DNA from: Bryobacterales bacterium
GTDB taxonomy: Bacteria; Acidobacteriota; Terriglobia; Bryobacterales; UBA6623
DNA length: 64,000 bases
Direction of reading: 5' to 3'
Assembly: GCA_963422375.2 (NCBI GenBank)
Contig: OY729428.2
Coordinates: 2,400,001-2,464,000 of the forward strand
The notes under the pieces are model-generated. The model made no database searches. It worked only from the letters and a program-made list of their open reading frames with translations, and was not told the DNA's origin. Positions 8,354-18,017 of this stretch are shown in pieces. The translations under genes and the position numbers were made by a program. Each line of letters opens with the position of its first letter. Position 1 is the stretch's first letter.

Positions 8354-10611
8354 GCCAGCTCGTCGGTGCGAGCGTCCAGGAACCCCGCCGTGATGCGGAA
8401 GTCCACGTCCAGACCGACCGACCGGCTGTCCGCGTTCAGGGCGAAGTACTCGATCGCGGGGGTCAGGACGGAGCCGCTGCGGCGCTTGATCCTCGGTATC
8501 GCGCGGAGCGCGGTCGCTCGGAAGCCCAGGCCCCCGACCGCGGTGGCTGTCCTCCCGTCGAGACGGTAGAGAATGCTGTTTCGGTCCCCCGCGTACGTGC
8601 TCCCCGCCGCGTACAGCGTCCCGCCGAAATCGCCCATCGCGTCGATCCGCTGCAGCCGGGTTCCGTAGTTGGTCCGGATGACGTTGGAATCGGCCGGGAC
8701 GTCGCGCAGCGCTACCCGATTGTCGCGGTAATACGATGCGTAGGAATAGCCTCGTAAATTGCCAGGCGGATTGGTTCTGCCGGCCGGCGTGAAGCCTTCG
8801 GCCCCGGGCGATTGCGGAGAGTACTGCAGCAGGTGCCACCCGTCGCCGGGCCTGAACTTGTCGCTGGAGAGGGGCGGCGCCGCCAGGAAGCGCCCGTTGG
8901 CGAAGCGGACGCTTGGAATGTACGGATAGATTGCGAAGTGGCCGGTCTGCCGGAGGTCCCTGGCGAGATTGCCTGCCGGCATGAACGTTCTCTTGCCCGG
9001 ATCGATGCTGCCGAGCTCGGTTATCATGCCGGAGCCGCCCCGCGTGCTGTTGAGCAGGATCTGCCCGCCGACCGCCACGACATCCCCCGGAGATTCCAGC
9101 GCCCACCCGACGGAAGAGACCCGCAGCGTGCGCGAGAACGAATGAGAGCGGCGGTTGCCGGGGCTCCACCTTTCCACTCGCACGCTCTCGTTCGCGCCCG
9201 GTCCGACGGTCCAGAGCGCTCCGCGCAGCCAGACGAGCCTGGACACGCCCGTTCCGTCGGCGGACAGCGTCGTATCGCCCGACGCCGGATCGAGTTCGTA
9301 GATCTTCCCGGACGAGAATGCGTGCGGGGCGATATCGGCGGTGTCGAGGTACTGCTGGCCCCGGACCCCGCCGCCGCGACCGAAGGCGAGCAGTTGCATG
9401 CCCCGCTCGCTGCGGGCGGGCACGGGCTGGCCGGGCGACAGCGGCAGGGACGCGCCCCCCGAGACGTAAGGCACGGCGCCGGCAGGGAGCTGGCCGGCGC
9501 GGGCGGCCGCGGTCCACCAGACGAAGGAAGTGCCGTCGGGCATGTCGATGGCGGGACCGAGCAGCGTGAGGCTGTGGTCGTACTCGCTCGCAGCGGCGGC
9601 CGCGCCGGAGCTGGCGCCGTGGAGCCTGTAAGTCTTCCCGAGCCTAAAAGGGGCCTCCACGAGGGAGAGGGCACCTCCGGACCCGCGCTGGATGAGGTAC
9701 TTGCCGTCGGATGCGGGAGTGCGCAGCCTGGCGATGGGCTGCGTGGCCGCGATGTGGCCCAGTTCGACGGTTTCCCCGCGCCGGCGCACCCCGTACATCC
9801 CGTCCGCCCGGGGCTCGGGCAGGTAGGCCAGCGCTCCCGGAACCTCGCCGCGGGCGCCGAAGATCTTGAGCGGCACGGGGTCCGAGCCCCGCTCCGTGGC
9901 GAGCAGCAGGTTCGTGGCGGTGCGCCCGAGGAAGCACCCTTCCCCGAGCCCGTCGGGCCCGGCCACGTAGATGGAATCGACGCCTCCGTCGAGGGCGTTG
10001 TCGCCGACCCGCGCGACGGGCAGGCCGGCGAGCGCCGCCGCCCGCACCCAGCCGGCCGATCCGCGGCGTTTCCCGCCGGGGCCGCGCCTGCCGCCCTCGA
10101 CCAGGAGCCAGGCGAAGTCGGCGAGGCGCAGGTCGGCGACGGCGATGCCGGTGTCGGCGAACGCCCCGGCCTTGGCCTCGGGCACGTTCGCGACGGCGAG
10201 CTCGGGCGTGTTCAGGAAGCCCTGCACCTGCGTGCCCCCGCCGTCCTTCCAGCGAGCGTGCCCGAGGGCCCGGTCCATCGTCTCTTCCAGCGTCGCCGCG
10301 GACATGGCGTCGATGGTCTCCAGCCGGGGCTTGCCGGTGGCGAGCCGCGAGAGCACGGCCAGGCCGCCGTTTGAGGCCTTGCCGACCGAGATGACGAAGC
10401 TGCCGCCCAGGTCGTTGACCGCGCGGCCCGCGAGCAGGTCCAGGGAGACGCTCCCCTCGACCCCGGCGGCGTCCTGGGAGCGGACGTCGAGCAGCTTGCT
10501 CTCGGGGTTGCGGGTCACGCCGCGGACGATGCTGCCGCCGACGTCGGCGGAATCGACGACCTTCTGGCCGGGAATGGTGCGCTTGATCCGGTCGAACACG
10601 TAGGTCGGCAC
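8350..10611 (-). CDS. Putative tail fibre / receptor-binding protein
   Basis: GTG 10611 after a GGAGGGA RBS; last gene of the tail module; lower-GC, beta-rich C-terminal part. Confidence 0.6.
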   Translation of the reverse strand: MPTYVFDRIKRTIPGQKVVDSADVGGSIVRGVTRNPESKLLDVRSQDAAGVEGSVSLDLLAGRAVNDLGGSFVISVGKASNGGLAVLSRLATGKPRLETIDAMSAATLEETMDRALGHARWKDGGGTQVQGFLNTPELAVANVPEAKAGAFADTGIAVADLRLADFAWLLVEGGRRGPGGKRRGSAGWVRAAALAGLPVARVGDNALDGGVDSIYVAGPDGLGEGCFLGRTATNLLLATERGSDPVPLKIFGARGEVPGALAYLPEPRADGMYGVRRRGETVELGHIAATQPIARLRTPASDGKYLIQRGSGGALSLVEAPFRLGKTYRLHGASSGAAAAASEYDHSLTLLGPAIDMPDGTSFVWWTAAARAGQLPAGAVPYVSGGASLPLSPGQPVPARSERGMQLLAFGRGGGVRGQQYLDTADIAPHAFSSGKIYELDPASGDTTLSADGTGVSRLVWLRGALWTVGPGANESVRVERWSPGNRRSHSFSRTLRVSSVGWALESPGDVVAVGGQILLNSTRGGSGMITELGSIDPGKRTFMPAGNLARDLRQTGHFAIYPYIPSVRFANGRFLAAPPLSSDKFRPGDGWHLLQYSPQSPGAEGFTPAGRTNPPGNLRGYSYASYYRDNRVALRDVPADSNVIRTNYGTRLQRIDAMGDFGGTLYAAGSTYAGDRNSILYRLDGRTATAVGGLGFRATALRAIPRIKRRSGSVLTPAIEYFALNADSRSVGLDVDFRITAGFLDARTDELA

Positions 10612-10619
10612 GGTCCCTC

Positions 10620-12185
10620 CTACTCCAGCCGCAGCGACGCGCCGGAGATGGCGGCGCCCTGCTTTTCGCGCCCGACCCACAGGTCGTAGGCGATGCCGCC
10701 GACGGACACGGCGCTCCGGCGGAGCTCGAAGGCGCTGATCGCGTTGCCCGTGCCGAGCCCGATCAGCGTCAGGGGCGGGAAGCCCTGGATCGCGGCGGGC
10801 TGGGCCACGACGATGAACTTCTCCCCGGCGAAGGCGGGCAGGTCGATCGACTTGTCGGCCAGCGCCCCGCGGGTGCCCGCCGCCAGCTGCCGCGCGTCGA
10901 TGGCGTCGCGGTCGTCCACGGCCGCGGCGTAGCGGCTGCCGCGCACGTCCACGAGCACGCGGAAGCGCGTGGTGGCCCGGCCCGGCACGGGCGCGGAATC
11001 GCGCGCCGAGTAGACGGCTGCGAAGACGCCGGACTTGGACGGCGTGCCGGAAATCTCGCGGCTGGCGGCGTCGAAGCGCAGCCCGGCGGGCAGCCCCGCC
11101 AGGGCGTAGGCGTGCGGCGCGGTCCCGCCCGCGGCCTCCGGCAGCGTCACCGCGTCGCCGGGCCGGCCCTGCTGGTAGCGCAGGTCGTCCACCAGCGGCA
11201 GGCTGAGGGGCCCGACGCCCACCACGGTGACGTCGAACTCGGCCGCGGCCGTCTGGCCGTCCTTCGAGCGCGCCCGGTAGGACACGCCGCGGTAGACGCC
11301 CGGGGGCCGCGCCGTGCCGTACACCTGGCGCGTGACCGGATCGAAGGCCAGCCCGCCCGGCAGGCCGCTCACCTCGTACTCGTAGGGCGGCGTCCCGCCC
11401 GCGGCCTCCGGCAGCGGCAGGTCGTAGGAGCGGTCCTGGATCAGCTGCAGGTCCGGCGGGTCGGGCAGCGACAGCACCGAGGAGACCACCCGGATCAGGA
11501 ACACCTGCACGCGCGTCCTGCCTTTGGCGTCGCGGGCGGTGTACTCGACCTCGTAATCGCCCTTGGCTTCCGGGGCGCCCGAGATCGAGCGGCTTTCGGC
11601 GTCGAAGCGCAGCCCCCCCGGGAGCCCCGCGGCGCTGTAGGCGTAGGGCCGGGTGCCGCCCACGGCCTTCGACAGCGTGACCGGCTCGGCCGGCTCGCCC
11701 CGCTGCATCGTGAGCGTCCCGGGGAAGCTCTTGAACAGCACGGTCAGGTCCACGCCCGCCGAGCTCAGCAGGCGCCAGGACCATCCGTCGAAGAAGCAAT
11801 GCACGGGCAGGCCCGCCGCGACCTCGCGCCCGGACAGCCTGGTCCCGTCGATGCGCCGCAGCGGCTTCGGGCCGCGGCCGTCCACCTCGACCGTGGCGGG
11901 CCCCGTGTTCGTGCCGCGGGCCACCCATTCCAGCTGCGAGCCCGCGGGATAGCCCGTGCCGGGCCGCTCGCCCGAGTTGGACGAGTAGGTGCCGCGCAGC
12001 TTGTAGGCGTCGGGCAGGCTGGCGCTCGTCTCGTAGCAGAACACGGACGAGAGGAAGCTGAGCTCGGCGCGCGAGGGCAGCCGGCGGAAGCCGCGGCCGA
12101 TACGCTGGAGCTCCCCCGAGATCAATCCGGCCCGGGCCCGGGTGAACTCCGCGGGCAGCGCCACGGTGCGGTACCAGTCGCTCAT
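10620..12185 (-). CDS. Tail protein with three putative Ig (He_PIG-like) repeats
   Basis: Start MSDWYRT (12185); NTGPATVEVDGRG tail-fibre motif; 3x GGT.PY.Y...GLP.GL.FD...R.ISG.P. Confidence 0.8.
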   Translation of the reverse strand: MSDWYRTVALPAEFTRARAGLISGELQRIGRGFRRLPSRAELSFLSSVFCYETSASLPDAYKLRGTYSSNSGERPGTGYPAGSQLEWVARGTNTGPATVEVDGRGPKPLRRIDGTRLSGREVAAGLPVHCFFDGWSWRLLSSAGVDLTVLFKSFPGTLTMQRGEPAEPVTLSKAVGGTRPYAYSAAGLPGGLRFDAESRSISGAPEAKGDYEVEYTARDAKGRTRVQVFLIRVVSSVLSLPDPPDLQLIQDRSYDLPLPEAAGGTPPYEYEVSGLPGGLAFDPVTRQVYGTARPPGVYRGVSYRARSKDGQTAAAEFDVTVVGVGPLSLPLVDDLRYQQGRPGDAVTLPEAAGGTAPHAYALAGLPAGLRFDAASREISGTPSKSGVFAAVYSARDSAPVPGRATTRFRVLVDVRGSRYAAAVDDRDAIDARQLAAGTRGALADKSIDLPAFAGEKFIVVAQPAAIQGFPPLTLIGLGTGNAISAFELRRSAVSVGGIAYDLWVGREKQGAAISGASLRLE

Positions 12186-13783
12186 CGCATCTCGCGCAGG
12201 GGCCGGTAGGTGGCCGTCAGGGCCGACAGGACGTGCGGCGGGTTGCCCGGGTCGTCCGAGGACACGTGCACGGAGAGGTTGCGGCCGCGCCCGGCGAGCC
12301 GCGCCGCGGCCATGCGCCGCGGCGAGCCGTCCCACGCGAACGTGCCCCAGGGGCGCTCGCCCCAGCGGCTGGGCGAGCCCAGCACGCGGAAGTCCTCCCC
12401 CTCCCAGTCCCGCGACACCGAGTCGTCGTGGAAGTCCGCGGCCACGCGCAGGGCGCTCCAGTCGTCGCTGTCGCAATGCACGCGCAGCTTGAGCCAGCGC
12501 TTGAGCCGGTCGGGGCTGCCCGCGTCGTAGTAGGACGTGCGCAGGTAGGAGACCACGGGATGCCCGTCGAAGGTGTTGCCGCGGTCCATCTCGTAGACGT
12601 AGCCCGAGCCCTCCAGGGCGAAGAACACGCGCTCGCGGCCGTCGGCGTCCTCCACCGAGCAGCCGCAGCGCACCACGCCCGGGGAGGGCGCGCCCGCGCC
12701 GTCGTGCAGGTCGTAGGCCGAGACGGTGAACTCGGCCCGCGGGCCGCGCTCGCGCAGCACCAGGGTCGTCACCAGGCACTCGCCGTCCTCGAAGCACAGC
12801 CGGTACTGGCTCTTGCGCCGCACGCGCAGCGCCTGGGACGGCAGCACGCCCGCGTCGCGCTTGTAGTCCAGGTACTTGCGCACGCGCTCGCTAATCGTGG
12901 CGATGGAGAAGTCGCCGATGCTCTCGGCCGCGCTGACCGTGCGGATGCCGCGGTCGTCCAGGCACACCGGCTGGTCCATCACGGCCGCCGTGCGGCGCAT
13001 CGCCCCGGCCTCGCCGGAGAGCTCCGACAGCCGCCAGTCGGCCGCGGACGCGCCGGTCAGGGCGTAGCAGGAGTTGCGCCCGAACAGGATCAGCGCCTGG
13101 CGGTAGCCCGCCAGCATCCCGGTCAGGTCGTCCCCGACCGCCATCTCGGCCGCCCCGCCGGAGGATGCGAACGAGCCCGGGTCGCCCAGGGCCGAATGCA
13201 CCACCGAGCCGCGCTCGTAGCCCAGGAACAGGTGCGAGCGGTACGCGGCCACCAGCACGGGCGTGTCGTCGGCGTGGGCGATGCCCGTGCGCAGGTGGCG
13301 CAGGCGCCGCGCCCGCGGGTCGTATTCCACGGCCGGCCCCGCCCCGGTGACCGCGTACACCCGCGACTGGCCGGACTGGCCGCGGAAGTTGGCCGAGCAG
13401 AACTCCATGCGCCGGCCCGGGTCGTGCTCCGGCCGCGCGCCGTCCACCTCGCGCCAGCCCTCGGCGGTGCTCTCGTGCATGGCGCAGGAGCCGCTCCCGT
13501 CGGCGCGGAAGGCGTAGGTGACGCCCAGGTGGCGCCACACGCCGAGGATCTCGCCCTCGCCCGGCACCGCGCCGATCTTGGCCCGGCGGTAGGCCGCCTC
13601 GTCGGCGCCCTCCGCCTCGGACGGCGCGGGCTGGCCGTCGAAGCGCTCGTAGCCGTCCACGCGGCGGTAGCCGTCGGAGAGGCTCTCGTAGTTCAGGCAG
13701 CCCGTCAGGCTGCCGGGATGCGCCCGCGCGGGCGCGGTCAGGTCGATGCCGCCGCCGAGCCGCCAGGTCTTCGAGCGCGTCAC
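12182..13783 (-). CDS. Tail tubular / nozzle-like protein
   Basis: GTG 13783; GYRRVDGYERFDG motif; position after the adaptor gene; 533 aa. Confidence 0.7.
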   Translation of the reverse strand: MTRSKTWRLGGGIDLTAPARAHPGSLTGCLNYESLSDGYRRVDGYERFDGQPAPSEAEGADEAAYRRAKIGAVPGEGEILGVWRHLGVTYAFRADGSGSCAMHESTAEGWREVDGARPEHDPGRRMEFCSANFRGQSGQSRVYAVTGAGPAVEYDPRARRLRHLRTGIAHADDTPVLVAAYRSHLFLGYERGSVVHSALGDPGSFASSGGAAEMAVGDDLTGMLAGYRQALILFGRNSCYALTGASAADWRLSELSGEAGAMRRTAAVMDQPVCLDDRGIRTVSAAESIGDFSIATISERVRKYLDYKRDAGVLPSQALRVRRKSQYRLCFEDGECLVTTLVLRERGPRAEFTVSAYDLHDGAGAPSPGVVRCGCSVEDADGRERVFFALEGSGYVYEMDRGNTFDGHPVVSYLRTSYYDAGSPDRLKRWLKLRVHCDSDDWSALRVAADFHDDSVSRDWEGEDFRVLGSPSRWGERPWGTFAWDGSPRRMAAARLAGRGRNLSVHVSSDDPGNPPHVLSALTATYRPLREMR

Positions 13784-14466
13784 GCCAGGGTCCCTCCCAC
13801 GCCGGTCCCGGGCAGCATCTGCCGGCGCAGCGGCTCCAGCGCCTGCAGGTAGGCGTTGCGGGCGAAGGCGTAGCCGTCCCCGTCGCTGTCGCTGCCGTGC
13901 ATCAGCGCGACCGCCCGCCACACGATCGCCATGCGGTGCTCGGCGGGCAGCCCGTCCGGCTCGTCGCCGTCCGCCGCGAGCGACTGGGCGCCCTTGCGGT
14001 ACTCCCCGTCCAGCAGCTGCGGCTCGGACGGGACCGGGTGCAGCAGCAGGTCGAGATTGGGCGCCTGGCCCCACTCGCGCAGGCGGGCCCCGGGCCGCGG
14101 GGGGCCCGAGCCGGTCATGCGGCGCCACTCCGGATAGGAGATCCGCCGCAGCCGGCCCTTGGCGGCGGGATCGGACAGCGGCGCGGCCAGCCACAGCCCG
14201 TCGCCGCGCCATTGGCCGAAGCGCTCCACGCCCAGCCCGCGCGGCGAGACGCGCGAGACGCCGCGCTCCACGCGCGCCACCAGCCGCGCCGCGGACCAGC
14301 CCCAGTCGGGGTGCAGGTGCTGGATGTCGAGCCACGCCTGGCGCACGCACAGGGCCACCTGGGACTCGTAGTCGGAAGCCCGGCCGGGGCCGACGCCGTC
14401 CATCGAGCGCGGCGAGTCCGTGCCCGCGGCCCGCAGCGCCTCCCGGCACAGCTCCAGGTAGTTCAT
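13780..14466 (-). CDS. Head-tail adaptor (tail tubular A-like)
   Basis: MNYLELC...QAWLDIQ..HPDW, LHPVP, LPAEHRMAIVWRA pattern typical of podovirus adaptors. Confidence 0.75.
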   Translation of the reverse strand: MNYLELCREALRAAGTDSPRSMDGVGPGRASDYESQVALCVRQAWLDIQHLHPDWGWSAARLVARVERGVSRVSPRGLGVERFGQWRGDGLWLAAPLSDPAAKGRLRRISYPEWRRMTGSGPPRPGARLREWGQAPNLDLLLHPVPSEPQLLDGEYRKGAQSLAADGDEPDGLPAEHRMAIVWRAVALMHGSDSDGDGYAFARNAYLQALEPLRRQMLPGTGVGGTLA

Positions 14467-14484
14467 GCGACGCTAGCCGGCTCG

Positions 14485-15105
14485 CTAGCCGGCTCGGAAG
14501 TCCCGGGCCGCCTTCTGCGTGGCCTTGGCCGCCGCGGCCAGCGACGCGCCGTCGTCGATCAGGACGACGCCCTCGTGGCCCGGCGGGCGGCCGTCCCGCA
14601 CCAGCCCGAAATAGCCGTAGAAGCGCATGGGGTAGCGGTCGTAGTCCAGCAGCTGCGACGCGCTCAGGTGCGTCGTGGCGACGCCGTGCCGGTCCACCGC
14701 CTGCTCGTAGCGCTGGTCGTAGGTCGACACGACGTGCCGGTACAGGCGCTCGCGGATCAGGATCACCACCCCGCGCGGCAGGTACGCCTGGCAGTCGTTC
14801 ACGGACACGAAGACCGGGGTCTTCCGGTTCTCGCCGTCGTCGAGCGCGAACTTCACCTTGGCCCAGCGCTCGCGCGCGGGGTCCCAGGCGTCGTCCTGCC
14901 GGCCCTGCAGGCCCTCCGCGTGCAGCGACACGCGGTCCTCGGGCACGAACACGCCGGTGGTGGCGAAGCCGCCCACGGTGAGCGCCTCGACCAGTTCCGA
15001 CCGCTTCATGCCCCCGCGGACTTCCAGCTGCGCCGTGCGGCCGAACTCGAGCAGCTGCTCGTCGGTCGCTTCCTCGATCGAGACCTTCCTCAGCCCCTTG
15101 GTCAT
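14485..15105 (-). CDS. Phage protein downstream of capsid
   Basis: PVFVSVND..Y.PRGV motif; synteny. Confidence 0.7.
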   Translation of the reverse strand: MTKGLRKVSIEEATDEQLLEFGRTAQLEVRGGMKRSELVEALTVGGFATTGVFVPEDRVSLHAEGLQGRQDDAWDPARERWAKVKFALDDGENRKTPVFVSVNDCQAYLPRGVVILIRERLYRHVVSTYDQRYEQAVDRHGVATTHLSASQLLDYDRYPMRFYGYFGLVRDGRPPGHEGVVLIDDGASLAAAAKATQKAARDFRAG

Positions 15106-15112
15106 GTCGCGG

Positions 15113-15508
15113 CTACGCCTCTCTCACGCCGATCACCGACGGGTCGGCGGTGGGCTCGGACAGGTCCATCGCCGGCAGCGGGAACAGCTCCCGGAAGCAC
15201 AGGAAGACCAGCTTCTTGCCCTCGACCTTGAAGGCCGCGTGCTGGCCGATCCTGAAGCCGCGGGCGGTGAAGGTGACGCCCTTGGCGACCTCGCCCACGT
15301 CGTGGGCGTCGCTGCCCGTGGCGCTCAGGTCGAACGCCAGCATCTTGCCCGCCGCCGTCACGCCGTCCACGGCGAAGGCCAGTATCTTGCCGCTGCCGTC
15401 CGAGCGGAAGAACGCGACGGCCTTGGGCCGCCAGCCGATCGTGAACTCGTAGTCCTTGGCCGCGTTGGACGTTTCCGCCGTCACGCAGCAGAATGGCTGC
15501 TGAGTCAT
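15113..15508 (-). CDS. Hypothetical virion protein (decoration-like)
   Basis: RBS; immediately follows the capsid gene. Confidence 0.65.
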   Translation of the reverse strand: MTQQPFCCVTAETSNAAKDYEFTIGWRPKAVAFFRSDGSGKILAFAVDGVTAAGKMLAFDLSATGSDAHDVGEVAKGVTFTARGFRIGQHAAFKVEGKKLVFLCFRELFPLPAMDLSEPTADPSVIGVREA

Positions 15509-15520
15509 TTCCGGTCCCTC

Positions 15521-16540
15521 CTAGATCGAGCAGACGGTCTCGGCCCGCCGCATCCAGGCCTCGTTGAGGACCTTGCAGGCGAACCACATCTTCCAGGCGA
15601 TGGTGCCGCGCTGCCCCAGCGGGTCGCCGCCGCGCGGCACGTTCGGATTCAGCACCATCGGGCGCACCGCGCCCTTGCCGCGCAAGGGGATGCAGCCGAA
15701 CGCCTCGCGGCCCAGGTACAGCACCGGGTACACGTCGAACTTGCCGCCCGTCACGCGGAACTTGGCCGCGTCGTCCCCGGCCGCGGCCCCGGCGCCCTTG
15801 AACGGCGACAGGTCCGGGCTCAGGATGTAGCGCACTTCCTCGAACGAGCCGGCCTCGTGCGGGGACAGCGGGCGCTGCGAGCCGTAGCGCGCCACCGGCA
15901 CGAACGAGTCCGCGTCGATGACGCCCTTCAGATTGCGGACATGCGACATGATGTCCGTGTTGGACACGCCGACGTAGCACGCCTCGACGGCGTAGCTCTC
16001 GAACTTGTCCGAGCCGGCCAGGATGCTCGTGAACTTCTTGGCCTTGTTGCGGCGCAAGTCGGTCACGCAGGACCGCTGCAGCTTGACGTCGAGGACCGCG
16101 GTCTTGTCGAGCGCGCCGCGGGCGGTCTTGGATCCGGCGTAGCGCACGGACGTGCCGTTGCGCAGCACGGCCCAGGTCAGGGCCTCGCGCGTCTCGCCGA
16201 TCTGCTCGCCCTGGCGCACGGCCATGTCGCGCAGCACCTGGTCCCGGGACGTGTCCTTGACCACGTCGGTGAGGCCGCTGTAGTCCCCGTACTGGACGAC
16301 CTGCGCGGTCACCGTGTCGTAGCCGAAGTCGGACCCGTCGGGGGTGACGCCCTCCACCAGCGGGATCGTGGCGGGGGTGAACGGCTGGCTGCGCCGGAAC
16401 TCGATGACCTTGGTCTCGTTCGGCGGCAGCACCTTGGTCAGGCCGAAGCGCTCCAGCACTAACACTGGAATGGCGTGGGACAGCAGCCGCCGCGAGTACC
16501 AGCCCGCGGTGGCGTTCCCTATATCTCCGTAGGTGTTCAT
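15521..16540 (-). CDS. Major capsid protein, N4-gp56 family
   Basis: YGDI, LVEGVTP, QYGD, DVYPVLYLG..AFG, DPLGQRGTIAWK..LNEAWM. Confidence 0.92.
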   Translation of the reverse strand: MNTYGDIGNATAGWYSRRLLSHAIPVLVLERFGLTKVLPPNETKVIEFRRSQPFTPATIPLVEGVTPDGSDFGYDTVTAQVVQYGDYSGLTDVVKDTSRDQVLRDMAVRQGEQIGETREALTWAVLRNGTSVRYAGSKTARGALDKTAVLDVKLQRSCVTDLRRNKAKKFTSILAGSDKFESYAVEACYVGVSNTDIMSHVRNLKGVIDADSFVPVARYGSQRPLSPHEAGSFEEVRYILSPDLSPFKGAGAAAGDDAAKFRVTGGKFDVYPVLYLGREAFGCIPLRGKGAVRPMVLNPNVPRGGDPLGQRGTIAWKMWFACKVLNEAWMRRAETVCSI

Positions 16541-16561
16541 GTTTGCAATCCTTGCGAGCGC

Positions 16562-17590
16562 CTAGGCGAAACGCCCCCTGGCGTCCCGCGGGCGCTCCTG
16601 CCCGCGCAGCTCCCGCCCGGCCTCCGCCCAGCCCGCGTCGAAATCGTCGCCGGCCTGCACGTCGCCCCGGGCGGCGCGCCGGCCGGGCACGCTCGCGGCG
16701 GACCTCAGCTGGGCCGCGCGACGGGACGCCAGGCCGGCGTCCCCCCCGCTGCCGGAGTATCGAGAGAGGATGTCGACGATGTCGCCGGAGCGCTCCGACT
16801 CGGCGAGCGTGCGCCGGACGTAGTCCGGCTGGCCCTCGAGCCACTCGGTGAACTCGGGCGAGACGACGGTGTCCTTCCAGGCCGGGTAGGCCTGCGCCAC
16901 CGCGTCCGCTTCCCGCTGCAGCCCGTCTTCCCGGGCCGACCGGCGTCGCGAGTCGCGCTCGCTCTCCAGTTCGCGGATGCGCTCCTGCATCGGCCCGAAG
17001 GCCTTCTGCAGCGAGTCGGCCAGCTCCGGCTCGAGCTCGCGCAGGTCGGCCAGCTGCTTGTTCAGCTCGTCGCCTTCGCTCCCGGCGCCCTCGCCGTCGC
17101 TCTTGCCCTCGCCGTCGCTCTTGCCCTCGCCGTCGCTCTTGCCCTCGCCGTCGCTCTTGCCCTCGCCGTCGCTCTTGCCGTCGCCCGACCGGCCGGCCTT
17201 CTTGAGCCTGCCGATCTCCGACCGCAAGTCGTTCTCTCTCTTGGCGAAGCCCTCCTTGAGGGTCGCGACTTCCTGTCGCAGAGCCTGCAAGTCCGGACCG
17301 TCCGCCCGCTGTTCCGGGCCAGCTTCAGGGGGTGGGCCGGTATCCCCCGCTGCCGGGGCCGGATTGCTGGCCCCGGGATCTTGTGCGCCCGCCTCTCGCC
17401 TGTCGGCGGCTTCCGGCGGCCTGTCCGCGGGCTCCTCGTCCCAGCCCGCCCCGAACTCGGGGTCGGTCCGCTGGTCCGGCTCGGCCGGTTCGGGAGCAGC
17501 GGGAGGCGCGGGAGGCGCGGCTTCGGCCGCGGCGCTCGCGCCGGTGCTTTCTTCTGCGTTGGAAGCCGCGCTCTTTTGGTCTTCGTCCAT
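16562..17590 (-). CDS. Scaffolding-like protein
   Basis: Acidic/Pro-rich N-terminus, YPAWKDTVVSPEFTEWL..QP and DDFDAGW; directly upstream of the capsid gene. Confidence 0.75.
   Translation of the reverse strand: MDEDQKSAASNAEESTGASAAAEAAPPAPPAAPEPAEPDQRTDPEFGAGWDEEPADRPPEAADRREAGAQDPGASNPAPAAGDTGPPPEAGPEQRADGPDLQALRQEVATLKEGFAKRENDLRSEIGRLKKAGRSGDGKSDGEGKSDGEGKSDGEGKSDGEGKSDGEGAGSEGDELNKQLADLRELEPELADSLQKAFGPMQERIRELESERDSRRRSAREDGLQREADAVAQAYPAWKDTVVSPEFTEWLEGQPDYVRRTLAESERSGDIVDILSRYSGSGGDAGLASRRAAQLRSAASVPGRRAARGDVQAGDDFDAGWAEAGRELRGQERPRDARGRFA
17092..17185. repeat. 18-bp tandem repeat (~5x, encodes DGEGKS)
   Basis: cgccgtcgctcttgccct repeated. Confidence 0.9.
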
Positions 17591-17660
17591 GAGACAGCGG
17601 GAGCTACAGACAGTTTACACTGAACGCAAGTCTCCGCTGCCCACGGGGGCGCTCCGGGCT

Positions 17661-18017
17661 TCAGAGCTCGCGCAGGTCGGCCAGCTGCTTGTTCAGCTCG
17701 TCGCCCTCGCTCCCGGCGCCCTCGCCGTCGCTCTTGCCGTCGCCGTCGCTCTTGCCGGCGCCGTCCTTCCCGTAGTAGCCGACATACATTTCGGGGTACC
17801 GGTAGAAGCTGTCGTCGCCCTGGATGCAGTAGGAGCACAGGCGGCTCGTGTATCCGACGGGCATGGAGGATCCGCACTCCATGCACTGCATTCCCGGGCT
17901 GGTGTCGTACTCGCGCGGGGGCTCGATCATGGGCGGGCGGTTACGCTTGGAGCCCATAGCACCCGGAGCCTTTCCGGGCGGGGGCGCGGGGTTACGCTTG
18001 GATGCCATGGCCCTCAT
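17661..18017 (-). CDS. CxxC-CxxC Zn-finger protein ending in a copy of a scaffold segment
   Basis: ATGA overlap with the giant ORF stop; CMEC...CSYC; last ~30 aa match the scaffold. Confidence 0.6.
   Translation of the reverse strand: MRAMASKRNPAPPPGKAPGAMGSKRNRPPMIEPPREYDTSPGMQCMECGSSMPVGYTSRLCSYCIQGDDSFYRYPEMYVGYYGKDGAGKSDGDGKSDGEGAGSEGDELNKQLADLREL

Noticed and set aside
8350..14449. ORF-track lengths of 1192, 725 and 755 aa for the tail genes
   Set aside because: The N-terminal extensions overlap upstream genes; RBS and overlap evidence gives starts at 10611, 12185 and 13783.
17033..17756. DGR template/variable repeat pair
   Set aside because: No reverse transcriptase in the window; only 2 mismatches, and they are not consistently at adenines.
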